In this document: positions 49,271 through 57,661 of the stretch, piece after piece
How positions within the stretch are numbered: position 1 is the stretch's first letter
How the letters are laid out: each line of letters begins with the position of its first letter
Assembly (NCBI GenBank): GCA_036012755.1
Contig: DASCPX010000193.1
Coordinates: 53,092-117,091 of the forward strand
DNA length: 64,000 nucleotides
Reading direction: 5' to 3'
Origin: Myxococcota bacterium
GTDB taxonomy: Bacteria > Myxococcota_A > UBA796 > CAJQPC01
Notes under the pieces: model-generated
Seen by the model: the letters and a program-made list of their open reading frames with translations, nothing else
The model's database searches: none
Told to the model about the DNA's origin: nothing
Position numbers and translations under genes: made by a program

Positions 49271-51543
49271 CGGCCGATCCTACGCGTGACGGGAATCCAG
49301 AGCAGGCCCAGCTGGACGACCCTGATGTCTTTCTTGCGGAGGCGCACCTCGCGCTCCTCTGTGTCTTCGACGGCCGCGAGCTCGACCTCTTCGATGGCGG
49401 CGATGCGATCCTGGAGGTCGATCGCGATGTCGCCGAGCTCAGCCCGAAGCTCCTCGATCTCGTCAGCGACCTTCTGGACACGAGCCTTCGCCTCGCTCGT
49501 GCGGCTGCGCTTGGAGACGACCCGGGAGACGGATCTCCGGCGCGCGCTGAAGATGGACAGAAGGGTCTCCCCCGCGTTGACGGCCTCCTCGGCCCGTCGC
49601 GAAGAGAGCTGCCCTTCCCGCTCGGTGAGGGTGCGCTGGCGCGCCCGGATGCGCTTCTCCACGGCCTCGACCTTGCGGCGGGTGCTCGCCTCGAGCTTCG
49701 CGACCTTGGCGTCGATCCGGTCTCTGATGGCGAGCCTGCAGCGCTCGGCGAACTGCTCGCTGGTCTCGCCCGCCCGCCCGTAGAGCCGCAGGGTCGGGTT
49801 CACGAACATGCCCCGGGTCTCGCTGCGGTAGACGGCCTCGACCAGCGCGGCCCTGGCGGCCTTCCACTCGCGTGCCTCGTCGATCCAGTCGGGGACGCTG
49901 GCGAACAGTCCGTCTTCGGGGGCCTCGACGAGGTCCTCGTCCCGTAGTCGCGGGCGAACGAACTCATCGCTGAAGCCCGCCTCCGGAAGGGGGAAGAGCA
50001 CGCGGTGCTCGCTGTGGTCGAGCACGAAGCCGTGACGGGCCTGCTCGAAGTGGAGCGACAGCTCCGCATGCAGCGCCGGCCGCAGCACGACCCGCCCGTC
50101 CTGGCGAGCCGGTTCGGCGAAGACCGCGAACTCCGGCCCCAGGCGCGCCGAGAACACGACGCGGGGGTCCAGGCACTTCTGGGTCACGGACACTGGCGGA
50201 GGCACCTCGGGCAGCCTCCACTTCTGGTCAGGAAGGGACTCGATGACCGGCGGGACAATGGGCTCGCGAGGGGCGCGTTGGGCCTGGATCTCCCTCTTGG
50301 TGAAGGGCCCGCGGAGGTAGCACATCGCCCAGCGGGTGCCGAAGGTGGCGGTGCCGCCCTTGGCCCTGGCCATCAGGAAGTGGCGCCTCGGGAGCTCACC
50401 GAGATCGACGTCGGGGTCCGGGAGGCCCTTCAAGAGCCTGCGCCGGTCCTGCTCGGTCCGAAGACGCCCTACGAACCACAGCCCGGCGTTGGACAGGGCC
50501 TTGTAGTCGAGGTCGACCGGGTTCTGCGTGGCGAGCAGCACCCCGAGGCCCACCGCCCGGGCCTGCTTCATCAGCGTCAGCACAGGGCCCTTCGTCGGGG
50601 GCGTCCTGGGGTGCGGCGGCAGGTAGCCGGCGGCCTCGTCGAGGAAGACCAGGGCGCGCAGGCGCTCGGTTCCGGGCTGGGTCCGGGTCCAGGCGACGAC
50701 GCGGCCCAACAGCAGTGACACGAAGAACTGCCGCTCTGACTCGGAGAGGTGGGACAGGCAGAAGACGTGGACGCCGCCGGAGAGCATGTCCTCGACGTCG
50801 AGGGGGGAGCCGTGGGTCCACGAGGCGAAGCTCGGCGAGGCGATGACGCCGTTGAGCAGCATCGCCAGGTCCATGCGGTCGTCCGGCGGGTAGAAGCGGT
50901 CGGTCGGGAAGACACCGACCTTCTCGAAGGGCGGATCGACGATGTGGGTGATCAGCGCCTCGATGTCGAGGTCCTCGCCCTGCTGCCACGCCTGCTCGAT
51001 GATCGTCGAGAGCACGATGTGGGCCGGATCACGGACTGGATCAGCGGTGCGCCCGACGAGACCGAGCAGACCGCTGACCGTGTCGCCGACGAGTCCGCGG
51101 AGGGCCTCGCCGTCCGAGACGTCCGAGGGCGCCGCCAGCGCGGCGAGCACATCGACGGGCTCGCCGGCCTCGCTGCCCGGCGTGTAGAGCGTCAGGTCGA
51201 GTTTGTCCCGAAGGTCCAGGAGGTCCTCCGAGCCGAGGTCGAAGCTCGCGAGCCCCTCTCTCCACCGAGTGGCCAGCTCCGCGGGATCCTGTCCGTCGGC
51301 CCAGGGCGCGAAGTCCTCTGGCGCCAGCTCCGGGAAGACCAGCGAGAGGTTGCCCAGGTCGCCCTTGGGGTCGATCGCGATGATGGGGACGCCCGCGCGC
51401 ACCATCTCCTCGAGCAAGACGAGGCAGAGCCCGGTCTTGCCGCTGCCCGTCATGCCGACGACCACGCCGTGGGTGCGGAAGTCCTCGGGATCGACCTCGA
51501 GCGGGCCTTCGTCCGAAGCGCCGATGCAGAGTCTCTTCTTCAT
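49267..51543 (-). CDS. HerA/FtsK-like ATPase (DUF87/DUF853) with C-terminal coiled coil
   Basis: GMTGSGKT, IDPKGD, FLDEA, ATQNPVDLDYK. Confidence 0.9.
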   Translation of the reverse strand: MKKRLCIGASDEGPLEVDPEDFRTHGVVVGMTGSGKTGLCLVLLEEMVRAGVPIIAIDPKGDLGNLSLVFPELAPEDFAPWADGQDPAELATRWREGLASFDLGSEDLLDLRDKLDLTLYTPGSEAGEPVDVLAALAAPSDVSDGEALRGLVGDTVSGLLGLVGRTADPVRDPAHIVLSTIIEQAWQQGEDLDIEALITHIVDPPFEKVGVFPTDRFYPPDDRMDLAMLLNGVIASPSFASWTHGSPLDVEDMLSGGVHVFCLSHLSESERQFFVSLLLGRVVAWTRTQPGTERLRALVFLDEAAGYLPPHPRTPPTKGPVLTLMKQARAVGLGVLLATQNPVDLDYKALSNAGLWFVGRLRTEQDRRRLLKGLPDPDVDLGELPRRHFLMARAKGGTATFGTRWAMCYLRGPFTKREIQAQRAPREPIVPPVIESLPDQKWRLPEVPPPVSVTQKCLDPRVVFSARLGPEFAVFAEPARQDGRVVLRPALHAELSLHFEQARHGFVLDHSEHRVLFPLPEAGFSDEFVRPRLRDEDLVEAPEDGLFASVPDWIDEAREWKAARAALVEAVYRSETRGMFVNPTLRLYGRAGETSEQFAERCRLAIRDRIDAKVAKLEASTRRKVEAVEKRIRARQRTLTEREGQLSSRRAEEAVNAGETLLSIFSARRRSVSRVVSKRSRTSEAKARVQKVADEIEELRAELGDIAIDLQDRIAAIEEVELAAVEDTEEREVRLRKKDIRVVQLGLLWIPVTRRIGR

Positions 51544-51549
51544 GGGGGC

Positions 51550-51555
51550 ATCCTA
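51550..51555 (-). promoter_or_regulatory. putative -10 box TAGGAT, leaderless-type, overlapping TAG stop
   Basis: 6 nt upstream of ATG 51543. Confidence 0.5.
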
Positions 51556-52191
51556 GATCATGCCTTGGAGGCCCCAGTGCGGAGCGAGGATCAGCCCCGA
51601 GAGGTCGTGCTCCGATCCGAAGGCATCTACGGAGCCCCGAGCGTGGAGCACCGTGAGTTCGGCGCCGAAGTGGACCCAGCGCCAGCCGATCGCCCCCCCG
51701 ACGAAGCCCCCCGCGCAGGTCATCGTGCCAGTGCTGCGCTCCTGCCCGATCCCCAGGTCGCTCCCGTCGAGCTCGAAGACATAGGGAGAGACCTGGGTCT
51801 TGGCGCCCCACCAGAGCCGACCCCACTCGTCGAACTCGCGGCCGACCGTCACCGACGCGGTCGTGTCGAGGCGCCGTAGCTTGCTCACGCGGACCGCCTT
51901 GTTGGCCCAGTCCAGCACCGAGAACCAGGCCCCGCCGCTGCCGTAGCCAGGCCCCGTCAGCGCGATCGCCGACAGCCCGCCGACGAGCACCTCCCGCTCT
52001 TCCGTGGAGAGCGAGTCGTCCTCTTCGAGCTCGTCGATGAGCGTCCTGGCCGGATCGATCGCTTCTCTCACCCCCGCGGTGGGCACGACCACCGAGTTGA
52101 TCTGGGAGACGTGGACCTCGCCGCCACGAAGTACGCGCGCGGACCGCATCTCGGCGAGGTTGATGGCGCAGCCCAGCGTCCACAGGAGCAT
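51553..52191 (-). CDS. hypothetical lipoprotein, beta-strand-rich C-terminus
   Basis: MLLWTLGC; start overlaps the upstream stop (TGATG). Confidence 0.7.
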   Translation of the reverse strand: MLLWTLGCAINLAEMRSARVLRGGEVHVSQINSVVVPTAGVREAIDPARTLIDELEEDDSLSTEEREVLVGGLSAIALTGPGYGSGGAWFSVLDWANKAVRVSKLRRLDTTASVTVGREFDEWGRLWWGAKTQVSPYVFELDGSDLGIGQERSTGTMTCAGGFVGGAIGWRWVHFGAELTVLHARGSVDAFGSEHDLSGLILAPHWGLQGMI

Positions 52192-52658
52192 CAGATGTGC
52201 TCACCCATCGGGGCCTCCGAGGGGGCCTCGAGCACCACTGGCACGGTGAGAGCCTGGCCGTCCACGCGCAGCTCGAGGTGGAGGGTGAGCGCCGAGTGCC
52301 GACGCAGATCCCTGCCGTACTGGTGGACGCGGACCATGGCCCGAGCGTCGCCGCCGGGTGGCAGCGCGAGCACCTCGTCCTTGGGCTGGAAGCCGAGGAT
52401 CAGTCGCGCGAAGTCGGTGCCCTTCCCGTCACCGACGAAGGCTGGCCACGCCTCGCCATCGGGCAGGGACAGCCTGCTCTGTCGCAGCTCGACCTCGAAG
52501 GGCTCGTCGGTCTGGTTCACGATGGAGAGCTCGATGCTGGCGTCCTTCTGTTGGACGCGGGTCTCCGCCACGCGCACGACGATCGGATCCGCCGGCGCCG
52601 GGTCCGCGGAGAACTCCCACGTTCGCTTCATCGCCAGGCAGGACAGGAGCCAGATCAT
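52191..52658 (-). CDS. hypothetical lipoprotein, Ig-like strand pattern
   Basis: MIWLLSC; IELSIVNQTDEPFEV. Confidence 0.7.
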   Translation of the reverse strand: MIWLLSCLAMKRTWEFSADPAPADPIVVRVAETRVQQKDASIELSIVNQTDEPFEVELRQSRLSLPDGEAWPAFVGDGKGTDFARLILGFQPKDEVLALPPGGDARAMVRVHQYGRDLRRHSALTLHLELRVDGQALTVPVVLEAPSEAPMGEHI

Positions 52659-52664
52659 TGGAGA

Positions 52665-52670
52665 ACGCTA
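52665..52670 (-). promoter_or_regulatory. putative -10 box TAGCGT, leaderless-type
   Basis: 6 nt upstream of ATG 52658. Confidence 0.5.
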
Positions 52671-52723
52671 CTCCGAGAACGGAAGGAAGTGCTTGACGCC
52701 GCCGCACTGAGCAGAATCTCGAC

Positions 52724-53084
52724 ATGGCGCTTCGACTCTTGGTCATCGACGACGAAGCGCCGGTCCTCCGGTCCATCGCCCGGCTCTTCCAGCGAGAGCA
52801 CGAGGTCGTGACGGCGTCCGACGCCATCAAGGGACTGGAGATCGCGCTGAACGAGGACTTCGACGGCATCCTGGTCGACATGCGGATGCCGAAGATGGGG
52901 GGGCCGGGAGTTCGCGGAGAAGCTGATCGCGGCCCGTCCCGAGACCCAGCCAAAGGTCGTCCTGCTCACGGGCGGGGACGCCACCGACTCGACCGCCCGC
53001 CCGGCGCCGCTGATCTGGAAGCCCCTGACACCAGAGGACGTGAAGCGTCTCACCTGGTGGTGGGACGGTCAGAGGTCTCAGTAG
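52724..53084 (+). pseudogene. single-domain response regulator frameshifted at a G7 run
   Basis: IDDE and VDMRMP in the first frame; removing one G at 52897-52903 continues GGREFAEKL...VVLLTG...IWKPL to TAG 53082-53084. Confidence 0.8.
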
Positions 53085-54895
53085 CAGAGGCCGAACCAGG
53101 GCTCTCCGCCGTCGGTGTATTCCTGGTGGCAGACGCCGTTGCCGGGTGAACAAGCGTCTCCGGGGGTGCAGAGCTCGTAGCAGCGCCAGGTGAACCAGCT
53201 GCAGAAGAGCCCCTTCTCGCAGAGCGAGGTCGAGTAGTCGCAGGTCTCGAAGGCCCCCCGGTCTCCGGAGGGCCAGCAATACGAAGTGTCGACGTCGGCG
53301 GGCACGCAGTTGTAGCCGTAGTAGTCGGGCTCGCAGTCCTGGTCCGACCAGGAGCACGAGTCCTCGTGGCAGACACCCTCGGTGGTCGTGGAGAGCCCGT
53401 CCTGCGGCATGCACCAGGTGTCCTCGTCGCACCAGCCGGTGGTGGCGTAGGGCTCGTCACAGGCCTCTGCGCAGACATGGTCCACGAGGTCGCAGACGCC
53501 GCTGGAGCAGTCCCGGTCATCGAGGCAGAAGGGCCCGCCGGCGGACTGCCAGACGTCAGCCCCGACGACCTCGCCACCCTGGTACACGAGCACCAGCGTC
53601 TGGGTGTTGGAGATGTCCTCGAGGGGATCGGCCGCGAGCACGACGAGGTCGGCCCGATAGCCGGCGGCCACCTGGCCCAGGTCATCCCAGCCCCAGGCCT
53701 GGGCGGCGCCGTCGGTCGCGGCGACGAGCACGTCGAGTTCGTCCATGCCGGCCTCGACAAGCGCCTCGAGCTCCCAGTGCAGGGCCACCCCGTGGGGCAC
53801 GAAGTAGTAGCCGGCGTCGGAGCCGGGCAACAGGGGCGCCTCGGCGGCGACCAGCGTGGCCAGGTTCTGGGCGTGCATGACCGTCCAGGCCTCGTCCGCG
53901 TCGGCCCAGTCCTGGTAGCTGGCGGGGTGGTCCTGGACCCACCGCCAGGTCTCCAGCGTGGCCTCTTCCACGTGCTGGTAGCCCCCGTCGTCGAGGTCTG
54001 CGGAGAGGGTCCTCGGGAGGCCCTCCGAGGCTCCTCGTGTGCTGGCGATCAGCGAGGCCCCAGCTGCCTGATCGGCGGTGATGACATCGGCGAAGGGTAC
54101 GTGCGCGATGCGCGGCGCGCCGTTGGCGATGGCGTCCTCAAGGTCCTCGCCAGAGGCCACGTGGACGAGGCTGGGGGCCACCGAGGTGATGTCCGCGAGG
54201 TCCCCGAGGTCCAGCCTCGGCCAGCTCCGGTCTATGCCCGTCTCGGTGAGGGCCACCTTGACGAAGTCGGCGCCGCCGTCCATGAGTCGGGTCGCGTCTG
54301 CGTCTGCGTCGTCGACGAAGGCGCAGATGTCCGAGGGCGCCAGCTCGCAGGGGTGGCTGCCGTCGGTGGTGAGGAAGGGCCCCGCGGCGAGCATGCGAGG
54401 GCCGCTGAGCTCGCCGGCGTTCACGCGGTCGCGAAGGGACCAGGTCCACTCGGGGCCGCCGGCGTCCACGACGGCCGTGACCCCCCAGCTGAGGGTGGCG
54501 GAGAGGTCCTCTTCCACCGTCGGGCCCACGTCCCAGGCGGCGCCGCCGTAGGAGAGGTGCACGTGGGAGTCGATGAGCCCGGGGATCACCGTCAGGCCGG
54601 TGAGCGGGACCACGGTGGCGTCCCCGGTCCAGCTCTCGGTCGGGACCACGTCCCAGATGAGATCGCCCACCAGCACGATGTCCATGTCCTCGCGCACGCC
54701 CAGGACATCGACGACGCGCACCCCGCCGAGCACCGTCGAGCCCTCTGGGACCTCGACCGGCTCCGCCTCGGAGTCAGGGGAGGAGTCGGAGTCCCGGCTC
54801 TCGTGGACGACCTCGCTGTCATCCGGGGCGGAGCTGTCGTCCGTCGGGCTCGGCGAGTCATCGCTCGGCGAGGTGCATGCGAAGAGGAGCCACAT
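53078..54895 (-). CDS. amidohydrolase family lipoprotein with Cys-rich C-terminal domain
   Basis: PGLIDSHVH, K, H, H, GSDAG, G.RADLVVL; start MWLLFAC at 54895; 20 Cys in the last ~150 aa. Confidence 0.9.
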   Translation of the reverse strand: MWLLFACTSPSDDSPSPTDDSSAPDDSEVVHESRDSDSSPDSEAEPVEVPEGSTVLGGVRVVDVLGVREDMDIVLVGDLIWDVVPTESWTGDATVVPLTGLTVIPGLIDSHVHLSYGGAAWDVGPTVEEDLSATLSWGVTAVVDAGGPEWTWSLRDRVNAGELSGPRMLAAGPFLTTDGSHPCELAPSDICAFVDDADADATRLMDGGADFVKVALTETGIDRSWPRLDLGDLADITSVAPSLVHVASGEDLEDAIANGAPRIAHVPFADVITADQAAGASLIASTRGASEGLPRTLSADLDDGGYQHVEEATLETWRWVQDHPASYQDWADADEAWTVMHAQNLATLVAAEAPLLPGSDAGYYFVPHGVALHWELEALVEAGMDELDVLVAATDGAAQAWGWDDLGQVAAGYRADLVVLAADPLEDISNTQTLVLVYQGGEVVGADVWQSAGGPFCLDDRDCSSGVCDLVDHVCAEACDEPYATTGWCDEDTWCMPQDGLSTTTEGVCHEDSCSWSDQDCEPDYYGYNCVPADVDTSYCWPSGDRGAFETCDYSTSLCEKGLFCSWFTWRCYELCTPGDACSPGNGVCHQEYTDGGEPWFGLCY

Positions 54896-54902
54896 CGGCC
54901 AC

Positions 54903-54908
54903 AGCCTA
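54903..54908 (-). promoter_or_regulatory. putative -10 box TAGGCT, leaderless-type
   Basis: 7 nt upstream of ATG 54895. Confidence 0.5.
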
Positions 54909-54956
54909 CTTGGCATCGGAGGGAGCGTGCATTAGTTGGCCCGCACAGGAGGGCCC

Positions 54957-55175
54957 TTGGCCAGCGACGACCTGATCGAAATCGAAGGTGTGGTGATCGA
55001 GGTTCATCCCGGAGGGACGTTCCTGGTCGAGACGGAAGCCAAGACGAAGGTGCAAGCGCACCTCGCCGGCAAGCTCCGCCGCTTCCGCATCCGCGTCGTC
55101 CTCGGCGACCGCGTGACCGTCGCGGTGAGCCCCTACGACCTCTCGAAGGGGCGGATCGTCTTCCGGCACAAGTAG
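54957..55175 (+). CDS. infA: translation initiation factor IF-1
   Basis: 72 aa, IEIEGVVIE...AHLAGKLR...GDRVTV...SPYDLSKGRIVFR; TTG start with AGGAGG RBS. Confidence 0.95.
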   Translation: MASDDLIEIEGVVIEVHPGGTFLVETEAKTKVQAHLAGKLRRFRIRVVLGDRVTVAVSPYDLSKGRIVFRHK

Positions 55176-55240
55176 GGAGCCGCAGCCGACGCTGACCCCG
55201 CGGGCGATGCAGCCACACTCCCAGCCGCACTCGTCAACCT

Positions 55241-55271
55241 TGCATTTCTACCATCGTGTAGTAGAAATGCA
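55241..55271. promoter_or_regulatory. perfect 11-bp inverted repeat operator upstream of the ATPase gene
   Basis: TGCATTTCTAC-N9-GTAGAAATGCA, overlapping a TTGCAT -35-like box, 3 nt before ATG 55275. Confidence 0.65.
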
Positions 55272-55274
55272 TGG

Positions 55275-56441
55275 ATGATCCCGCGTCGCCTCCTTCACGA
55301 GATCCAGCGCGGCTTGGACCGCCAGGCCGCAGTGGTCCTCCTCGGTCCGAGGCAGGTGGGCAAGACCACGCTCGCGCTGAAGATCGCCGAAGAGCGCCAG
55401 GCGCTCTACCTCGACCTGGAGCTGGCCTCGGACCGGGCGAAGCTCGCCGACGCCGAGTTCTTCCTTGGCCAACACACCGATGAGTTGGTCATCCTCGACG
55501 AGATCCAGCGCGCTCCGGCCTTGTTCGAGACCCTGCGAGGGCTCATCGACCAGGGACGCCGGACCGGCCATGGTCGCGGGCGCTTCCTGCTGTTGGGCTC
55601 GGCCTCCCTCGACCTCCTCCGCCAGTCGTCGGAGAGCCTCGCTGGTCGGGTCACGCTCATCGAGTTCGGCCCCCTCGACGTCCTCGAGACGGGCGCGCTC
55701 GATGTCCGGAGCCTCTGGCTGCGCGGCGGGTTCCCAGAGAGCTACCTCGCTGACGATGACCGAGACAGCCTGACCTGGCGAAGGGACTTCGTGCGGACCT
55801 ACCTGGAGCGGGACATCCCCCAGCTCGGCCCGCGCATCCCCGCGGAGACGCTGCGCCGCTTCTGGACGATGCTCGCGCACTCCCAAGGCGCCATGCTGAA
55901 CATGTCACGCCTGGCCTCGGGGCTCGGTGTGAGCGGCCAGACGGTCGGCCGGTACACCGACCTCCTGGTCGACCTGCTGCTGGTCCGACGGCTCCAGCCG
56001 CTACACCGGAACATCGGGAAGCGGCTGGTGAAGTCGCCGAAGGTCTTCGTTCGAGACAGCGGAATCGTGCACGCGCTCCTGGGACTGGAGCACCTGGATG
56101 ACCTGCTCGGGCACCCGGTGGTCGGTCCGAGCTGGGAGGGATTCGTCATCGAGACCCTGGTCGGACTCGCGCCCGAACCGACCAACGCCAGCTTCTTCCG
56201 GACGACGGGCGGCGCCGAGATCGACCTCGTACTGGAGCTGCCAAACCACGAGACCTGGGCGATCGAGGTCAAGTTCGGGCTCGTCCCAAAGGTCTCTCGA
56301 GGGTTCCACAATGCCCGAGCGGACATCAGGCCAGACCGCTCCTTCGTCGTCTACGGCGGGGCCGACCGCCTCCCACTGACCCGGGGAGTCGAGGCCATCA
56401 GTCTCCAGGAGCTCGCCCGGGAGCTCGTCGGGCTCAAATGA
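55275..56441 (+). CDS. AAA_14 ATPase with DUF4143 (HTH + PD-(D/E)xK-like) domain
   Basis: GPRQVGKT, LDEIQ, LLGS, GGFP, KSPK, EIDLV...IEVK. Confidence 0.93.
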   Translation: MIPRRLLHEIQRGLDRQAAVVLLGPRQVGKTTLALKIAEERQALYLDLELASDRAKLADAEFFLGQHTDELVILDEIQRAPALFETLRGLIDQGRRTGHGRGRFLLLGSASLDLLRQSSESLAGRVTLIEFGPLDVLETGALDVRSLWLRGGFPESYLADDDRDSLTWRRDFVRTYLERDIPQLGPRIPAETLRRFWTMLAHSQGAMLNMSRLASGLGVSGQTVGRYTDLLVDLLLVRRLQPLHRNIGKRLVKSPKVFVRDSGIVHALLGLEHLDDLLGHPVVGPSWEGFVIETLVGLAPEPTNASFFRTTGGAEIDLVLELPNHETWAIEVKFGLVPKVSRGFHNARADIRPDRSFVVYGGADRLPLTRGVEAISLQELARELVGLK

Positions 56442-56472
56442 ACCGCTGGACTCGATCGTGAGGGCGCTCCAC

Positions 56473-57579
56473 GGCGTTGGTGCATGGCTCCGGTTGACCT
56501 GGAGCGGGGGAGCGCGGAAGCTGGACATGCTTTGGAATCTGGAGAGCAGGAGATGGCCGCGAGGACGAAGAGCAAGGTCACGCCGAAGTACAAGACGAAG
56601 TATCGGGTGACGAACTGGCCGGCCTACGAGGCGTCTCTCCGGAAGCGAGGCGACGTGACCCTCTGGTTTGATGAAGAGGCCATTCTCGCGTGGAACGCGG
56701 CCAAGGGCGGAACCCCAGGTGGTCAGCGGACGTACTCCAACCTGGCCATCCTGACGGCGATGACGCTTCGGACGGTCTTCCGTCTGCCGCTTCGCCAGAC
56801 CGAAGGCTTCGTGGCGTCGTTGATCGCGCTGATGGGCCTGGAGCTGGACACGCCAGACCACACGACACTCTCCCGGCGTGGACGTGACGTAGAGGTTCCG
56901 ATGCCCGCGAGGTCCCTTGGTGGGGCGGTCCATCTCGTCATCGACTCGACCGGTCTGAAGATGATGGGCGACGGGGAGTGGCACGCCCACAAGCACAGGA
57001 CCTCGAACAGGCGGCGCTCGTGGCGCAAGCTGCACCTGGGCGTGGACGAGCAGGGCTTCATTCTCGCCTGGGACCTCACGGGAGCTCGAGTCGACGACAG
57101 CCCAATCGGCGTCTCCATGCTCGAGGAACTCGATGTGACCATCAAGCGGTTCACAGCGTACGGAGCCTACGACTCGAGGGCGATCTACCAGGCCGTCGCG
57201 AAAGCGGGGACTCCGGACGTGACCGTGGTGGTCCCGCCCAGCAGGAGAGCTGCTGTCGACCCTGCTGCCGTCTGGCCCTGGGACCAGCGGAACGCTGCAA
57301 TCGAGAGGATCGCGGAGGTGGGCAGACGCCAGTGGAGAAAGGAGTCCGGGGCTCACCGGCAAGCCCGAGCCGAGAACGCCATGTTCCGGTACAAGCGCAT
57401 CATCGGGGACGGGCTGAGGTCGAGGAGCTTCAATGCCCAGACCAGAGAGGCGATGGTCGCCGTGCGCGTGTTGAACCGGATGACCCAGCTCGGGAAGCCG
57501 AGCTCAGTGGCGATCCAGACCTGAATACGAGCGATCCAGACGCACGCACGCCCCCGGAATCGGGTCGTGCAACAACGCC
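56473..57579 (+). mobile_element. IS5 family (IS903 group) insertion sequence, ~1.1 kb
   Basis: IRL GGCGTTGGTGCATG; IRR reverse complement GGCGTTGTTGCACG; single transposase; no exact target duplication. Confidence 0.9.
56553..57524 (+). CDS. IS5 family transposase, probably inactive (DGAYD to YGAYD)
   Basis: YRVTNWPAY, LRQTEG, PDHTTLSRR, IDSTGLK, WRKLH, AENAMFRYK; AGGAG RBS before ATG 56553. Confidence 0.9.
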   Translation: MAARTKSKVTPKYKTKYRVTNWPAYEASLRKRGDVTLWFDEEAILAWNAAKGGTPGGQRTYSNLAILTAMTLRTVFRLPLRQTEGFVASLIALMGLELDTPDHTTLSRRGRDVEVPMPARSLGGAVHLVIDSTGLKMMGDGEWHAHKHRTSNRRRSWRKLHLGVDEQGFILAWDLTGARVDDSPIGVSMLEELDVTIKRFTAYGAYDSRAIYQAVAKAGTPDVTVVVPPSRRAAVDPAAVWPWDQRNAAIERIAEVGRRQWRKESGAHRQARAENAMFRYKRIIGDGLRSRSFNAQTREAMVAVRVLNRMTQLGKPSSVAIQT

Positions 57580-57661
57580 GCGCGCAATCATGGCGGACCT
57601 CGACGTCTACCTGGAGCTCTTCCTCGACCAGTTTCCGGACGCACCTCGATCCCAGCCATGA
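57580..57661 (+). pseudogene. orphan 3' gene remnant abutting the IS end
   Basis: RAIMADLDVYLELFLDQFPDAPRSQP* with host-like codons; its TGA overlaps the next ATG. Confidence 0.5.

Noticed and set aside
49267..51543. HerA ATPase as an anti-phage system (Sir2-HerA, Nezha)
   Set aside because: No nuclease or Sir2 effector is adjacent and the context is not a defence island.
52693..52717. TTGACG + CAGAAT as a full sigma70 promoter
   Set aside because: The spacer is only 13 nt; only the -10-like part is retained, as weak evidence.
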